In this document: positions 24,330-37,485 of the stretch, in pieces
Layout of the letters: the number at the start of each line of letters is the position of its first letter
Position numbering within the stretch: the first letter of the stretch is position 1
Origin: Camelus dromedarius
Taxonomy: Eukaryota
DNA: 64,000 bases
Assembly (NCBI RefSeq): GCF_036321535.1
Contig: NC_087436.1
Coordinates: 99,202,001-99,266,000 of the forward strand
Reading direction: 5' to 3'
Notes under the pieces: model-generated
What the model saw: only the letters and a program-made list of their open reading frames with translations
Told to the model about the DNA's origin: nothing
Databases searched by the model: none
Program-made: the position numbers and the translations under genes

Positions 24330-24530
24330 GAACCTACTATGTGTCAAATATTGAGTTCATAATTTTGTTTTAAGTTCTGATCCACCCAAGGACACTATCA
24401 GCTAGTGTTTTTACTTCTATTTTTAAAGAATTTTAAATAATAGGCAATCTGAGATATTATTTGCTTAAGAACAAATAGCAAGTGGAGAGCAGAGTTAGGA
24501 TTTAAACCCAAATTTTACAGTGATTAACAA
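24330..24530 (-). mobile_element. MIR SINE fragment
   Basis: AACCTACTATGTGTCAAATATTG...AGCAAGTGGAGAGCAGAGTTAGGATTTAAACCCA matches antisense MIR. Confidence 0.6.
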
Positions 24531-25694
24531 GTTCTTAAATAACACACTATATGCTAACAATTTCAAGAAATCAATAAGTTAATAAAAGTCAACCTGCAAA
24601 CTATTCTGAAGATGTCATCAAATTTACTTTTTCTATCAATGCTGACTAATGTCTCTTTAAATCATGAGGTTAATGCTATGCTGTTTTTCACCATAGCAAC
24701 CAGGTAAATACTATTCTCCCTGTTCTATTATTTAAAAGAACACAAAACAGTTATGAATGTATGAACAGAACTTAAGCATCAATGGAAATAAAAAAATCTA
24801 AACTTCATGTTTCCTCTTGTTTTCTCAATTATAAGTCAACAATTAAGTGATGTTATATTTAATATAAAGTCATTATTTCCTTTTAAATTCGTTTTATGCA
24901 TTTATATAGATTATTTAACAGTGAAGCATTATAGACCCAAATTAGCTACTTGCAAAGAAATAATTTTATTTTAAGCTTAACCAATTTAACAGAACATAGT
25001 TATTTCCTGGAAACTTCCAGAAATTTTACATTGAAAGTAAAGTAAAAATTTTTCACGGTTGAGTATTTCAATTCAGTATAAATGAATACAGATGTGCCAA
25101 AGACAAAGAAGTGCAGTAAACACTGTCCACATGTGCTTGTCCCCATCATGCTACTTAAAGAGGCTGGTCTGTGCCTGTCTAGTTATTATTTGTCCCTAAG
25201 GAGATGGGAAGCTTGAGCCAGACTTTAAATCAAATCTGGCAGTAAATACACTACACTGGTGAGTTTCACTGACTTTTTTTTGGTGGGGAGGGGAGGGATG
25301 GGGGTGGCATAACACAACTTTCTTGATGAAGAGTATTGAATGATTTCTATTTGTAGCACAAGTTTCTTATCTCCTGGTAAACCAGTAACAAACTGTTCAT
25401 AGACAAGCACCAGTGTGTGTGCCACACATTGAGTAGCACTGGCTTAAATTATTAAATACTGGCATAAAATTCTCACCAAGAATCATGTACTGCATGCCCA
25501 TATCACATTTGGGATATGTTTTCTCTCTCCAACTCTCAAATGTAGGAAAGAGGGAACTGGTGTACGGTGCAAAGTCCTGAAGCTGTCTTCAGTGTGAAAG
25601 AAGAGCAGACTTTTACTAGAAGACTGACAAACTTTAAATGTTAATTTCTGTATATATTGTTCTATTTTCTAACATTGAATGTCTGAAGTATATC

Positions 25695-26011
25695 TGTCTT
25701 AGTCTATAGACTGCTATAACAAAATACCACAGATTGGGTTGCTTATAAACAACAAATTTATTTCTCACAGTCCTGGAGGCTGTGAGGTCCAAGATCAAGG
25801 CATCAGCATGGTTCATAGCCAGGACTTCTTTACTATATTCTCACAGGGTGGAAAGGGCAAGGGCTTTCTGTGGGGTCTTTTTCATAAGGTGCTAATTCCA
25901 TTCATTAGCACTCTACCCTCATCATTTAAGCACCTCATAATACCATCAACTTTGGGAGTTAAGATTTCAACATATGACTTTTACGGGGACACAAACAATC
26001 AGACCATAGCA
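25695..26011 (-). mobile_element. MLT1A-like MaLR solo LTR
   Basis: TGTCTTAGTC...CTGCTATAACAAAATACCACAGATTGGGT...GGGGACACAAACAATCAGACCATAGCA, with TG...CA ends and a 5-bp TSD-like ATATC/GTATC. Confidence 0.9.
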
Positions 26012-26223
26012 GTATCATTACTCAACCAGCATTATCATTTTAATAAAGTTTATAAATAAATACAAACTAAAAGTAAAATCACAATGAGGACATAAGAGCT
26101 GTAGATTTTACTTTCAGTTAATCATGTTTAGCGGAAAGGGTAATCACATGACCTGTTTATCATTACATAAAACCACTAATTACCTGTGGTAATAATAGAA
26201 TGGCAGACACGTGGTACTTCAGA

Positions 26224-26418
26224 CAAAGGTTTTCAAATTTAGCGTACATAAAAAACACTGGGGGAGCCTCTTAACAAGCCAGTTCTTCATGTTCCATCCT
26301 CAGAAAGGCTGATAAATTAGTTCTGGAAGAACACAAGAACATAACCTGCATTTTTCAAAGAAGTCGCCAATGTATTTCCATGCAGGTAGGTGGAAGTCCA
26401 CGTTTTAGAAAAAACCTG
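26224..26418. mobile_element. MER5-like hAT-Charlie MITE
   Basis: ~195 bp with degenerate TIRs CAAAGGTTTTCAAA...TTTAGAAAAAACCTG and internal CTGCATTTTT. Confidence 0.65.
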
Positions 26419-26819
26419 GTCTTGCATGAATTAAATGAGGTGAATCAAATCAACTCTACTGAGTCTTTTTAAGGCCATAACTTACATTTTCATCAGAATT
26501 TTACATATGTGTGAATTTTAAATGAACAGGCACTTGGTAAACTTGGACATCTTTACAGAGTTAGTTTGATTGGAATCATAGAGTATGAACAACCAGCATT
26601 TTGTATTCCCCAGGACTAGTTACATACACATACACACACACACACACTTACAGTTCTTTACCTTGTTTCTACTAGCAGCTAAATTCTGCCAAATGTTTGA
26701 ATAACGGACTAGATGTTAGTATTGCAAAAACATAATGAACATAATACTTGCATATGTCAGTGTATGCAAACTTCCAATCTCACAAACATGCACCCTGAGC
26801 TGTCAGAACAAAATATTTC

Positions 26820-27122
26820 TCCTTCTTGCCTCCTCAGAGAGCTGTTTCCCAAGCAATGCATTCAACAGAACCCCTCTCCCCACACACCTTCACTTTCCAC
26901 CTAGCAATCATGTTTACACTTCTTCCATAATCTGAGATTATCTCATTTATATAGTTTCCTTGTTTAATGTCTGATTCTTCCCACTAGAATGTTTGCTTCC
27001 TAAAGTCGAAGAGCACATGTTTCTTATGTACTGCTATAATCCTGATCTGCACTCGGTTTCAATATTACACATGGTCTATAGGTATGCATTGTATGTGGTA
27101 TTAATGAGGGAATAAATGAACA
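26820..27122 (+). mobile_element. L2 3' end
   Basis: TGTCTGATTCTTCCCACTAGAATGTTTGCTTCCT...GAATAAATGAA tail. Confidence 0.7.
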
Positions 27123-28548
27123 TTCCAGGATGATGTGGCTAGATATCCCACTTAAATATGTTTTCAGGAACTTTAAGGATGGATCAAATAATGCTGAAAG
27201 CAGAATATTATTTGGGTAAATATAAGACGTATTTTTTGATGCTTATTTTTATCATTTGCTTAAGTCAAAATGATGAAAGATGAGAAAATACTGTCCACAA
27301 TACTTCTGGAATTTTATAATAATCTCACATATCAATTAATCTGAGAGGTCCTAAAAAATCTTTTCTTAGCTTAATTAAACCAGCTCTCCAAATTATTTCT
27401 GATGGTTTAATTTTTTGTTTTCCTCTTAATATCCTAAAGATGTCAGAGGCCAAGCATATATTTAAGGAGTTGCTATCTCAAGCATCTTTTCCCTCTATTC
27501 TGTGTTATGTCTGTTATTATGATGGTGATGGATAAGTAAAAAAAGATTTATCATTTCAAATTGTGTTTTACACTTAGCTTTCCTAAATCATCTTTGTGAC
27601 AGAAAATTGGTACATGGAGAACAGAGACTGGTCTGCGGAGGAGATTTTCCTGTATCTCTGGGTTTAACTGCTTGACTACTATAGAATGTGGGTGAAAGGG
27701 ATTGCTTTTATGTCCTATAAGCAAAAAAGAGCATGTATCCATATTTGGAAATTTACTTTTATAAAAATAAGACTGCATTATTTTCCTTCAGTTTTGATTA
27801 TTTTAACAGTCATCTCCTATAATTTGAAACTTCAAAACATGACATCTTGGCATTGATATACTTATGAAAGTACTTCTTTGTCTTTAAGAATCACACTGAT
27901 AAGAGTGAGTTAATAAGAAGTGGCTCGGTATTTCAGCAAGTATTGCAGCTGTTATTTTGTGGAAAGACCACATTGGTTTATGTTAAACAATTTCTCTTTA
28001 CACTAGGACGTGACAGCAATTAACTAGCTAAAATGTTGTGTTTTATATTATTGTAATTGAAAGAGAATTTGTGACAATAGCTCCTTTTTTCCTTTCAGTG
28101 CTGGTACCTAATTGGAGGGAAAAAAAACTGTTCTTTAGTGTTTCGCTATATAATATAATGCATTTGTCATTTCTTATTAGCTCTTCAGATTTCTATTGTT
28201 TACAAACCCTTTGAGACACAATAAAAAAGTTTCCACACAAATCTCATTATTTCTAATTAATCCCATAACAAGACTTCAAGATGGCTGTACTATGAAGCTC
28301 TTTTCCAAGACAATAGTGTCTTACTCTCCATTTCACTGTATAAATTGTACTTCTGAGGTATCAGGACAATTTGTATAAAATACATCTCTGTTGCAACCAG
28401 GCTACCAAACACAGTGTTTGATAAATTATTCACATCTGTGAGATTATAACTTTTTTGCTTTGAATTATAAATAAGATATTCAAATTAACAGTTTGGAAAT
28501 AATGCCTCTCAGCTAAACAAATAAAACATACACACAATTTTCTTTTCT

Positions 28549-28615
28549 TTTTTTAACATTTTTTATTGATTTATAATCATTTTACAATGTTGTGTCAAAT
28601 TCCAGTGTTCAGCAC
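28549..28615 (-). mobile_element. Ultra-short (~67 bp) young L1 3'-tail insertion
   Basis: Antisense of the camelid L1 terminus (ACATTTTTTATTGATTTATAATCATTTTACAATGTTGTGTCAAATTCCAGTG). TSD CAATTTTCTTTTCT (28535-28548) versus CAATTTTATTTTCT (28616-28629). Confidence 0.9.
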
Positions 28616-29689
28616 CAATTTTATTTTCTATCATAAACTGATACCGTTTGAAATTGGTACCATATGATATTAAATTTATATTGTGGCACTATAGATTCTT
28701 CTGAAAATATAACCTACATTATTAGAATAAAAGAAATAAATCTCCTTTTCATGAATTAGAATTTACTTTTAAGAGAAGCATGGATTATTTGTAACTATAT
28801 CCTCTATCAGCGATGTCACTGATAATGTTTTTATTTTATCTTATTGTCTGGACTCTTTGAGATCTGCTAAAAATTTAGTAATTTAAAATCAAGTAATCAT
28901 TGGGAGAGAATACTTAGAAAAATCTGCTGCATGTACAATGAGATATCACTATTATTTAACATCAAAGTCCTTATTTAAGATAGTACTTACAAGGAGTAGA
29001 AATCACATTTAAATATTTTAAAGGCTTAGTCAAGACAACATATATCACAAAGAACAAAACAAATCTGCAAGAGTTTGACTCATTTTTTTCTTAAAGAAAC
29101 CAAAGTAACTAATATTTACATATGTAGGCCATAGTAACCAGATTAGTAACAACATTTGGGGTATATAAAAAAGAAAACTGTCATAAAACTCTGACTGCTT
29201 TGACAGTGTCACAGTGGGGACACCATCACCAGTTTACAGGATGGTTGTGGCGATTAAATAAAAGCACTTTATATTCCTGACTTTGTTTCTTCATTATAGG
29301 AATTCATTATAGGAATAAGGAAGGCATTTTGGGTTCACACAGAATATTAGTAATTCATTTTTCCTCTCACACTAAATCAGAAAATAGTTAATAGGATTCT
29401 ACTATAAACTAGTGAAAATATCTTGTTTTGTAGAGTTAATATTTTAGTCCTTTCAAACATTCCCATGTAGCCCTAATTTCTGAAATCTTTGCCAATCTGT
29501 ATTCTTTCTATAAAACCTCACTCACTGACAGTGCCTTTCTTAAGAAACAGTAAGATCTAGAAGCAATATTGCAGCTCTTTAGCCCATTACAGAGTACACC
29601 CTACTCTGAAAAATTAATACTGGGTTAAAATAAAAGGAAATTGTGGCCTTGTTTAACTTTTCTTTATGTAAATATGTAGTATGTGATGT

Positions 29690-30106
29690 TTCTCATCCCT
29701 GGGCTCTGTGAGCTGCTCTAGCAAATTAATCAAACCCAAGGAGGAGGTTGTAGGAAACCCCAATTTATAGAAGTTGTAGGTAACCTGGGAGCCTACTACT
29801 TGTGATTGGCATCTGAAGTGAGGTGAGAGCAGTTTTGTGGGAATATGCCCTTAATCTGTGCAATCTGACATTGTCTCCAGATAGTGTCAGAATTGAGTTA
29901 AGTGTGACACACAACTGGCATTGCAGAGACTTAACTTATTGTGGGGAAAAAACCCTCCACTCATTTGGTGGCCTGAAGTGTCAGAAATGAAGTATTCTGA
30001 GTGAGTGTGGTAGTAGCGTGAGAGTACTAGAAATACACAAAAAAGAAAGACGTAGGAGAGAAGAACTGGCTTTTTTCCCACTTAGGAAAATTGAGTTTTC
30101 CTAACA
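29690..30106 (+). mobile_element. MER21-like ERV LTR, 3' half
   Basis: CTGTGAGCTGCTCTAGCAAATTAATCAAACCCAAGGAGG and TGTGATTGGCATCTGAAGTG; ends ...TTTTCCTAACA. Confidence 0.75.
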
Positions 30107-30484
30107 GCCTGCATGGCTCAGTTTTAGAAAGAATCCTGCTATACTGGTTTAGAGAGAATTCCCCACCCTTGATATCTGATCACTCTCAAAAGCTAACAAA
30201 TCCCTCATCCTCCAGGTGATATCTGACCACCCTAGCGTGCCTTCAGCTAGAAATCCTGTTAGGTCAGTTTAGCAAGAATTTCCTTTAATGTCTCCTCCAT
30301 AATTTTCCATCCACTGACCCCTCTCCTCAAAACTTTCCCTTGGCTATAACTCCCTACTGTTCTTACTGTATTCAGAACTGAGCTCAGTTCTTTACTGAGG
30401 TCTCTTTTCCCTTACTGCAATAGTTCCTAAATAAAATCTGTCTTTACTGCTGAACTACTGCCTGGTTCTGGTTTTTTTTAACCA
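30107..30484 (+). mobile_element. MER31-like ERV1 LTR, 3' half
   Basis: AATCCTGTTAGGTCAGTTTAGCAAGAAT...AATTTTCCATCCACTGACCC...CTTGGCTATAA (TATA)...AATAAAATCTGTCTTTAC. Confidence 0.75.
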
Positions 30485-31049
30485 TAAACAGATAAAAAAC
30501 AAGACTTGATTAATTGAAATAGAAAAAAAAATACTTAGCTTCAGTTATCTTTAGTGACCTAGGTAAGAGAATTGATGATAGTCACTAGATGATAATCTAG
30601 TGATCTAGAACATGGTATGATTTTAATTCTCAAAATGATTTTTGATTGAGTTTGCTTATATTATTTTCTGAAAAGGCATGTATATATTTTCTTAGCCTCA
30701 CAAAACACTATGATGATAAAATATGGAATTCTACATCTGTCTCATAATAAATCTCACCCTGTTGGGAAACTTAAATGATATTACAATCATAATAATGAAA
30801 AGCATGACAGATCTTGCTGATATGTAATATTCTTATCATCTCTAAGTCATTTGTTAACTGCTCTAAGGTGCTCACAATTATGCTATACCAGACAGTTTTA
30901 GGATGAAAATTAAATGGATGTTTTCTTTGCATTGAAGTAGAATATATACACATACACACACACACATATATATACACATACAATTTTTATCTCATTGCTG
31001 AAAAGTGAAAGTAGTCATACATACATACTAACAATATAAACTCCCTTAA

Positions 31050-31320
31050 AACTAAATTATGGCTTGGTATTTAATTTCTCATAGCTCCCTGCATTTCCTC
31101 TTCTTAATGTTCATCACAGTTTGGAAATACACATGAATATGTTTCCTTGTTTGTTCTCTCAATGTGCTCTATTCCCTGCCACACAGAGGTGTAAACCTGG
31201 AAAGGGAAAAGCACTGCCATACATTCTTGTTTACAGCTAGCAGATGTCTAACATCTGGCATTATGGCTAGCACAAGGTAGGCATTCAATCAATATTTGTT
31301 GAATGGGTAACTGAATAAAT
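31050..31320 (+). mobile_element. L2 3' end
   Basis: CTAGCACAAGGTAGGCATTCAATCAATATTTGTTGAATG terminal motif. Confidence 0.75.
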
Positions 31321-31774
31321 CTATTTGATCTTAAAGTCCTTAAGGGTGAGGACCTTGTTTAATGTGTTCAATAAGGTATGTCCAGTAACTGCACTGTACT
31401 TGGAACAAAGCTGAATGATAAAAGAGAAAGAGAGAAAAGAACAAAGGAAGAAAGGGATGAGAAGAAAGAAAAGCAAAGAGGAAGAAAAAAAACATGAATA
31501 AAACTGACTATAATCTTAAAATTTGTATATTTTCCTCAGCTTTCACAGGGGATTATATACAAATCATCTCTAAAATATACATATTATCCATATTTTGCTA
31601 ATAAATAGAATATAAAGTACTAAAATTTCTCTCTACTTGATAAAATAAAAGTGAGGTAAACTATAAAATTATGTTTGTAGTTGCCAAATATTTACTTTAA
31701 CAGATAAATCTATGTGTAAGAAAAATGAGACTGAAAGTAGACGATATTCCTAGAGGCACTGATCTAGTAAGTAG

Positions 31775-31950
31775 TCAGCAATTCTATTTAAGAAAGATTA
31801 ATTAAGCACATACTACGTACCAGGTACCATTCTAGAAATCACAGTGAACAGAGCAAACAAAAATCCCAGTCACCCTTGAGATGACAATTCTGCTGGGGAA
31901 TTAAACATATCATCAAATACTACAAATGCTTAATAAGCATTCAATGAAAA
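31775..31950 (-). mobile_element. L2 3' end
   Basis: TTAATTAAGCACATACTACGTACCAGGTACCATTCTAG...CAGTGAACAGAGCAAACAAAAATCCC. Confidence 0.7.
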
Positions 31951-32070
31951 AAGTGAACAAACACCTACACCTCCTGCTGCTCAAAGGTAATCAATATTAA
32001 GAGCTATATGTAGATACATACATTCTTTTTTATACTTAAAGAAACTGCAAATCATATGCAAACATGTTAT

Positions 32071-32600
32071 CGAAGAGGAGCAAAATATACTACCCCAAAC
32101 ATGCCTCTTTGGCACATTGATTATTTTAGGCTGATCATTTTTAAGAAATAGTAGATGTGGGAGAAGTTCTAAAAACCTTTTGAAGCTATCTTTTTTTCAG
32201 AGACATTTATAATGATAAAAGAAATCTCCATTTATAGGTTGCCTCCCTCTCTGTACCAGAAAGAGAATGATGATTTTAAGTCTCCAGAAACTCTTACCGG
32301 AGAAGGCAATGACTTGAGTCTGCATAATAACTATCCTTGCTTACTGCACTCTGCTTGATCATCTCCCATAAATGGCCCCTCCTGCCCCAACATCCTTTGT
32401 CTCTAGCTGGAGATATTATTTAAAGGGGTGGCTTGGGCCCTTTTAGGAAGTTACTCAGCTTTCATGGGTATCTCCCATGTATACAGGAGGTATACCTGTT
32501 ATTAAACTTTTGTTTTTCTCCTGTTAATTCGACTTTTTACTATAGGGGTTATCTCAGCCAAGAATCTAAAACGGTAGAAAAGTTATTTTCCTCCCCTACA
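32071..32600 (+). mobile_element. MER34-like ERV1 solo LTR, full length (~530 bp)
   Basis: AATATACTACCCCAAACATGCCTCTTTGGCA start, TATTTAA box, ATTAAA signal, end TTTTCCTCCCCTACA. Perfect 4-bp TSD TTAT (32067-32070 / 32601-32604). Confidence 0.88.
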
Positions 32601-32884
32601 TTATAAACTTGTTTTTAAATGAATATTATAATCCTTATTGAGAATGTAGTTATGTCACTTGACCTTCCACCTAATACTTAAGGCTTGCGTTTTAAAATTA
32701 AGGTGTATTGACTTACAATAAATGTCACTCCTGTTAAGGTAGCATTTTACAAGTCTTGAAAAATGTACATGGGTGGTAATCAAGGCAAAATGGCTTTGTC
32801 ACCCCCAAAACATCCTTTTATTCTGTTAAGAGCCAACTCTTCCCCCATGCAAAACCTCTGGCAATCATTGATCTGTCTTTATCT

Positions 32885-33322
32885 CGATCATGAACAAAGA
32901 TGAACAAAGAACGTCACTCATCACCCAGTTCTACTAAGGTTTAAGCCACAACCCATTACAGTGGCCCACCAGCAGTGCACTATGAGAGGAATTTAGGATA
33001 AAACAAAACAAAACAAAACAAAACAGAAACAAGATGAGGCACTCTGTGCCTCAGATCTTCCTACACACATAAAAGCAATAAAATCATCAACTAGAGATAT
33101 TTGTTCTTTGTAATTAGCAGTAAGCTTTTACCAAGATGTATGCTTGAATACGTGTATTTCCTAGCAAAAAAAAAAAAATTATACATAAACTGGCCCCTCC
33201 TCTACCTCTTTGTAGCAGTTCCTCAGAGCTATCTCCTGGACTGTCTTACTGGTCCCCAGTAAGACACCGAATAAAATTTAAACTCACAACCTTTATGCTT
33301 CGTGTTTTTCTTTAAGTCAACA
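32885..33322 (+). mobile_element. ERV1-type solo LTR inserted in an old antisense L1M 3'UTR fragment (~32690-33400)
   Basis: TACATAAACTGGCCCCTCCTCTACCTCTTTG...GAATAAAA...TTTAAGTCAACA LTR end. The flanks (CCTCTGGCAATCATTGATCTG | CTGTATTTGTTTTTGCAAGAACGTCATA) read as continuous L1M 3'UTR. Confidence 0.7.
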
Positions 33323-36319
33323 CTGTATTTGTTTTTGCAAGAACGTCATACACATTAACTTATCCATGTCGAATTATGCACGTGCGTGTTTAATACATGT
33401 TTGTTACTATTGCCATGTCACTGGATTTAAGATGATGTTTTAATGACTATAAAACTGTTTTTTTTTTCAGTTTAACGCTAAAAAAATAAAATTTTAAAAC
33501 TAAATTTTAATACAGTGTTTTCTCATCAGTTATAAGACGCATATCTATGGTGCTAAAATTAAAAATAAATATGGCTCTGAATCACTGAAATACTACATTA
33601 TTATTGTTTATTACCACAGCAATACAATCATTTATACATATACTCCACATTATCATCACTTACAATTTCACATAAGGGTCTTCCCTTAAGGCCAAAAGAT
33701 ACGGATCTGACTCACTCTTTTAATTAATGAATTAATAACCTGAAGTATGAATAATTGCCCATATATTCTTGTTTCCTGATGCTTTTATTTCTATATAAAT
33801 TAATGCCAAAGAAGAGATTATTCGCAAGGTTTTGTGTATTTTCAATTCCTGTAGAAATTCCTAGCTTATTTTCCAAAATACTTTAGCAATTCACACACCC
33901 AGCTACAATGTAGAAAACCTGTTTCCCTAAATTCTCATTGGATGTACTTTCTTTTTAAAATTGCTATGAAAGACATCATATAATTTCTTCTTAAATATTT
34001 TTTCTATCTATCAGTAAATTGTAGTTTGATATTGCTTCTAAGAAGAGGACTTAAAAGTAAGTAGATAAAGTAAATAAGTGTTTTTTGACATTGTTCATAG
34101 CAGCTATGGAAGTAAGAAAAAAAAGACAGAAAATATTGACTCCAATATTAAAGAAGAAAAAAACCTGTACCTCAATGAAAATATCTGAGATAGTAACTCA
34201 AATTTCTTTATTAGTGGGGTGAGGAGGGAACTATATGTATACAGGAAATCTAAAGTCCATATAACTGGAAAATTTTAAGATTCTAAAATATTATAAATAC
34301 TTACAAACATAAGAGTTATTTTACTTTTAATGATCTAGCTTTTCATTTCAATTTCAGCTACATACTAAATAAACCAGAATTACAAAATGTATTTTGAAAT
34401 TTAGTTTGTGCAAGCTTGCATTTAAAAATGCACACAAAAAAATTTCCTGAAAAGTTTATTTTTTCACATCTGCCCATCTGTCCTCATTTAATTTTATTTA
34501 TATTTTGAGAATTACAAATTACAACTGTATTGCCATGAAGGCAATACTTTAATCCATCTGCATGAAACAGATGACTTTTATATTGAATAATCAACATCTA
34601 CTTTAGTGTAGCCCACTAGGAAGATATTATCTGAATACTTGGTATTTGTGAGATCACTTTCGTATCCAGTAACATTTACTAAGCATTTTGGGGGGAAATA
34701 ATACTTTTATATTTACTTCTCACTACTTCTTATTGATGTATTTAAATTATCATTGTGCTTTATTAAAATGATATTTTTAAGAACTACCATTTCTCCATGA
34801 CTGTATTTGGAGACTTTTTGACAACAGAATTAAAATGTGCCCAAACGTGTCAAGTGAATATTGCCTAAGGATATCAACAAGAGCTGGCTATCATGGTTGA
34901 TAGGAACTGCAAATTAAAGGAAACAAGAGTGTAAAAGCAGAGGAATTAACAAAATCCCACGGGTAACAACTGTAACAATGGGGTAAAGAGTCAAAATTCT
35001 GTGGATCTAGCAAACTCAAAATTCATTTTAAAGGTAAAAGACAGGTGAAATCAGACTCAATGTTTTGACACCTGCAAAGTTAATACCGATAAAAAATAGT
35101 ATAGTATAATTTGGTATTCTTTTCATTGCTCTATTCCTTGATTTTAGAATTCTTCTCATAAAAAGAGAAACTCCATAAGTATTTGTGAAATTAACCAATA
35201 AACAAATTTAGGTTTGCATTTTATGTATATGGCAATATAGGGTATCATGAATGGCAGCAAACTACATAAACTTCTTGCCCCTTGCTCTTTTTTAGGTAAT
35301 ATTTTGTAAGTTTTATGTATCAGTACATATCAGTTTTCTTTTCCTTTATAACAACAGAATAATTTATCATTTTATAAATGTCCTATAATCTACAGGAGTT
35401 TGAACATGTTTGTTTCTATTCTTATACTCTTCAAAACCTCAGTGAGTATCCTTGTAAATGCAACATTTCATAAATTAGAAAATAATATATTTATGTGTGT
35501 ATATAATGTGCATTGCTACAAGTATATATAAATATATATGTAAAACATATGGTATATAAATATAGCATACACTTATAATATATATATACACATACATTTA
35601 TAAGTATGACATTTGTATATAGAATTATTGAGTAAAGTTACTGGGTCAAAGGCTATATGTATCTTAATGTTAAATGTATTGTTAAATTCCTTCCCCATAG
35701 ATTGGTCAATAAATATTTCTGTTATCCTTATACTGAGACATGTCTGTTTTCTTCCATTTTTAGAACACTTCCTTCTTCGTCACCATCTGTGTATCTAATG
35801 AATTAGTTGAGTGTTTGACCTTTGACAGGAACCCAGATAGTCCATCTATAGTAATCAGCAATTCAGAGTATATGGGCATAAATCTAGGTAGATGTCCGGA
35901 TGTGGTCACGGTATTATTTAAAATTTGTCTTCTTATTTATTCTATCCTATCAGTGAATAAGAAAGCAAAGACATCAACTGAGAGTAAGGACGAGGGAAAT
36001 AGTGTTGGAGATCTGAAGACATTAGGGGTTACAAATAAATATTCTAGACAGAGAGAGCTTGATAAACCATGGAATTTTGTAGGATGAACAGAAATATTAA
36101 GAGCCTATTTAATGTTATTGGTCAATAATTTAACTGGAAACTATCCATGTTTATTTTCCTTTTTTTTTTCTCTAAAGCTACATTTAGCTACTGCCAAAGA
36201 GAGCAGAACTGTTTTATCTGTCTTAGCCGGTCCCCCTCCCCAAATGAATTCAATAAAATTAAAGAGGAGAACAAGACGCAAGATGAAAATGACAGACAGT
36301 AGAATTTAAGAGATGAGCA

Positions 36320-36455
36320 GTGGGAGGGTATAGCTCAGTGGTAGAGTGCCTGCCTAGCATGCATGAGGTCCTGGGTTCAATCCCCAGTACCTCCATTAAA
36401 AAAATAAATAAACCTAATTACCTCCCACCACAAAAAAATAAAATAAAAAAAAATG
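36320..36455 (+). mobile_element. Vic-1-type tRNA-derived SINE (camelid)
   Basis: A box TAGCTCAGTGG (36331-36341), B box GGTTCAATCC (36374-36383), AAATAAACCTAATTACCTCCC body and an A-tail. TSD AAGAGATGAGCA (36308-36319) / AAGAGATGAAGCA (36456-36468). Confidence 0.92.
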
Positions 36456-36960
36456 AAGAGATGAAGCAATGAAGCTAATGTGGGATTGAAAAATGGGTAG
36501 AATCAACAGATTGTTAAGTTCTGATGTCCTGATGGGATGTGAAACGTGTAGAAATCAGGAGACTAGAAGGAATACTGCAGAATAAAGTTTCTGGGGGCTT
36601 GAAACCATTCTTGATATTGAGACTGGGGAGGCCTTGCAGTTACTTGTATCCAGCACTATCTATATGACCAGACAAGTAAGTAGCCAAGTTTCATGTATCT
36701 CCACTACTGGAATTAACCACAATAGGATAAGAATACATCTGTTTTGTTCATCATTATATATACAACAGTTCCTTAAAATCCTAGAACATGGTAAGGGTTC
36801 AATTTTAAAAAGATGTTCAGTGAATGAAAACAAAATGAAGTCATACACAATTACAGGCATCAATGCTGATTAATAGTAACTCAAATTTTATGTTTTTTCA
36901 CCTAATACTAAGAAAACTTTAATTACAGAATATGTAACTTCTATTTATGTTTCAATATCT

Positions 36961-37485
36961 TATAGCCAAAGACTACCAGGAACACATAAATACGCACTAC
37001 AGGGAACCACACCATATCGATAAGAGGATGCTAGCAAAAATTTAGTATAGGATTTGAGTTTTCATTGGGTGATTTGGGGGGAGTGTATAAAGCAGTAGGA
37101 GTTTGCTATAGATTGGATGATGTTAGAGAGTAGGAAAAAACTGTATGATTGGGTATCTTATTAAATCTTATCTCTAGGGTGGGAAACTGACAGCAGGATA
37201 AAGCTGTAATTGGTAAAAAGGTAGTAATCATTTCTTTTGACCAAAAAAAGGGGTGTTTGGTATTTTGTTTGTGGCATAGGCTACTTATTTTTGTATGTGT
37301 TTAGAAAAAATTAAGAAATGGCCATGCTTTGTCTCATTTTATCATGGTCTCAGAGTTATCTTAAGTTGGTATTACGTATGATAATTTACGTCTAACGGGA
37401 CAATAACATGACTTAGCTATGAGTGTCAGGCCAGCTTCTCAAGGCCAGAGGCTGCTTTCTTTTGTTTTTGATTTTTTTTTTCTCA
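36961..37485 (-). mobile_element. MER110/MER90-like ERV1 solo LTR
   Basis: The minus strand begins TGAGAAAAAA...AAAGCAGCCTCTGGCC...GCTGGCCTGACACTCATAGCTAAG, as recalled for this LTR group. Confidence 0.65.

Noticed and set aside
29291..29316. 13-bp tandem duplication TCATTATAGGAAT x2 (similarly ATGAACAAAG x2 at ~32890)
   Set aside because: Ordinary slippage duplications; not an array or a CRISPR-like structure.
36320..36395. tRNA gene
   Set aside because: It has A/B boxes, but also a SINE body, A-tail and TSD; it is a tRNA-derived SINE.
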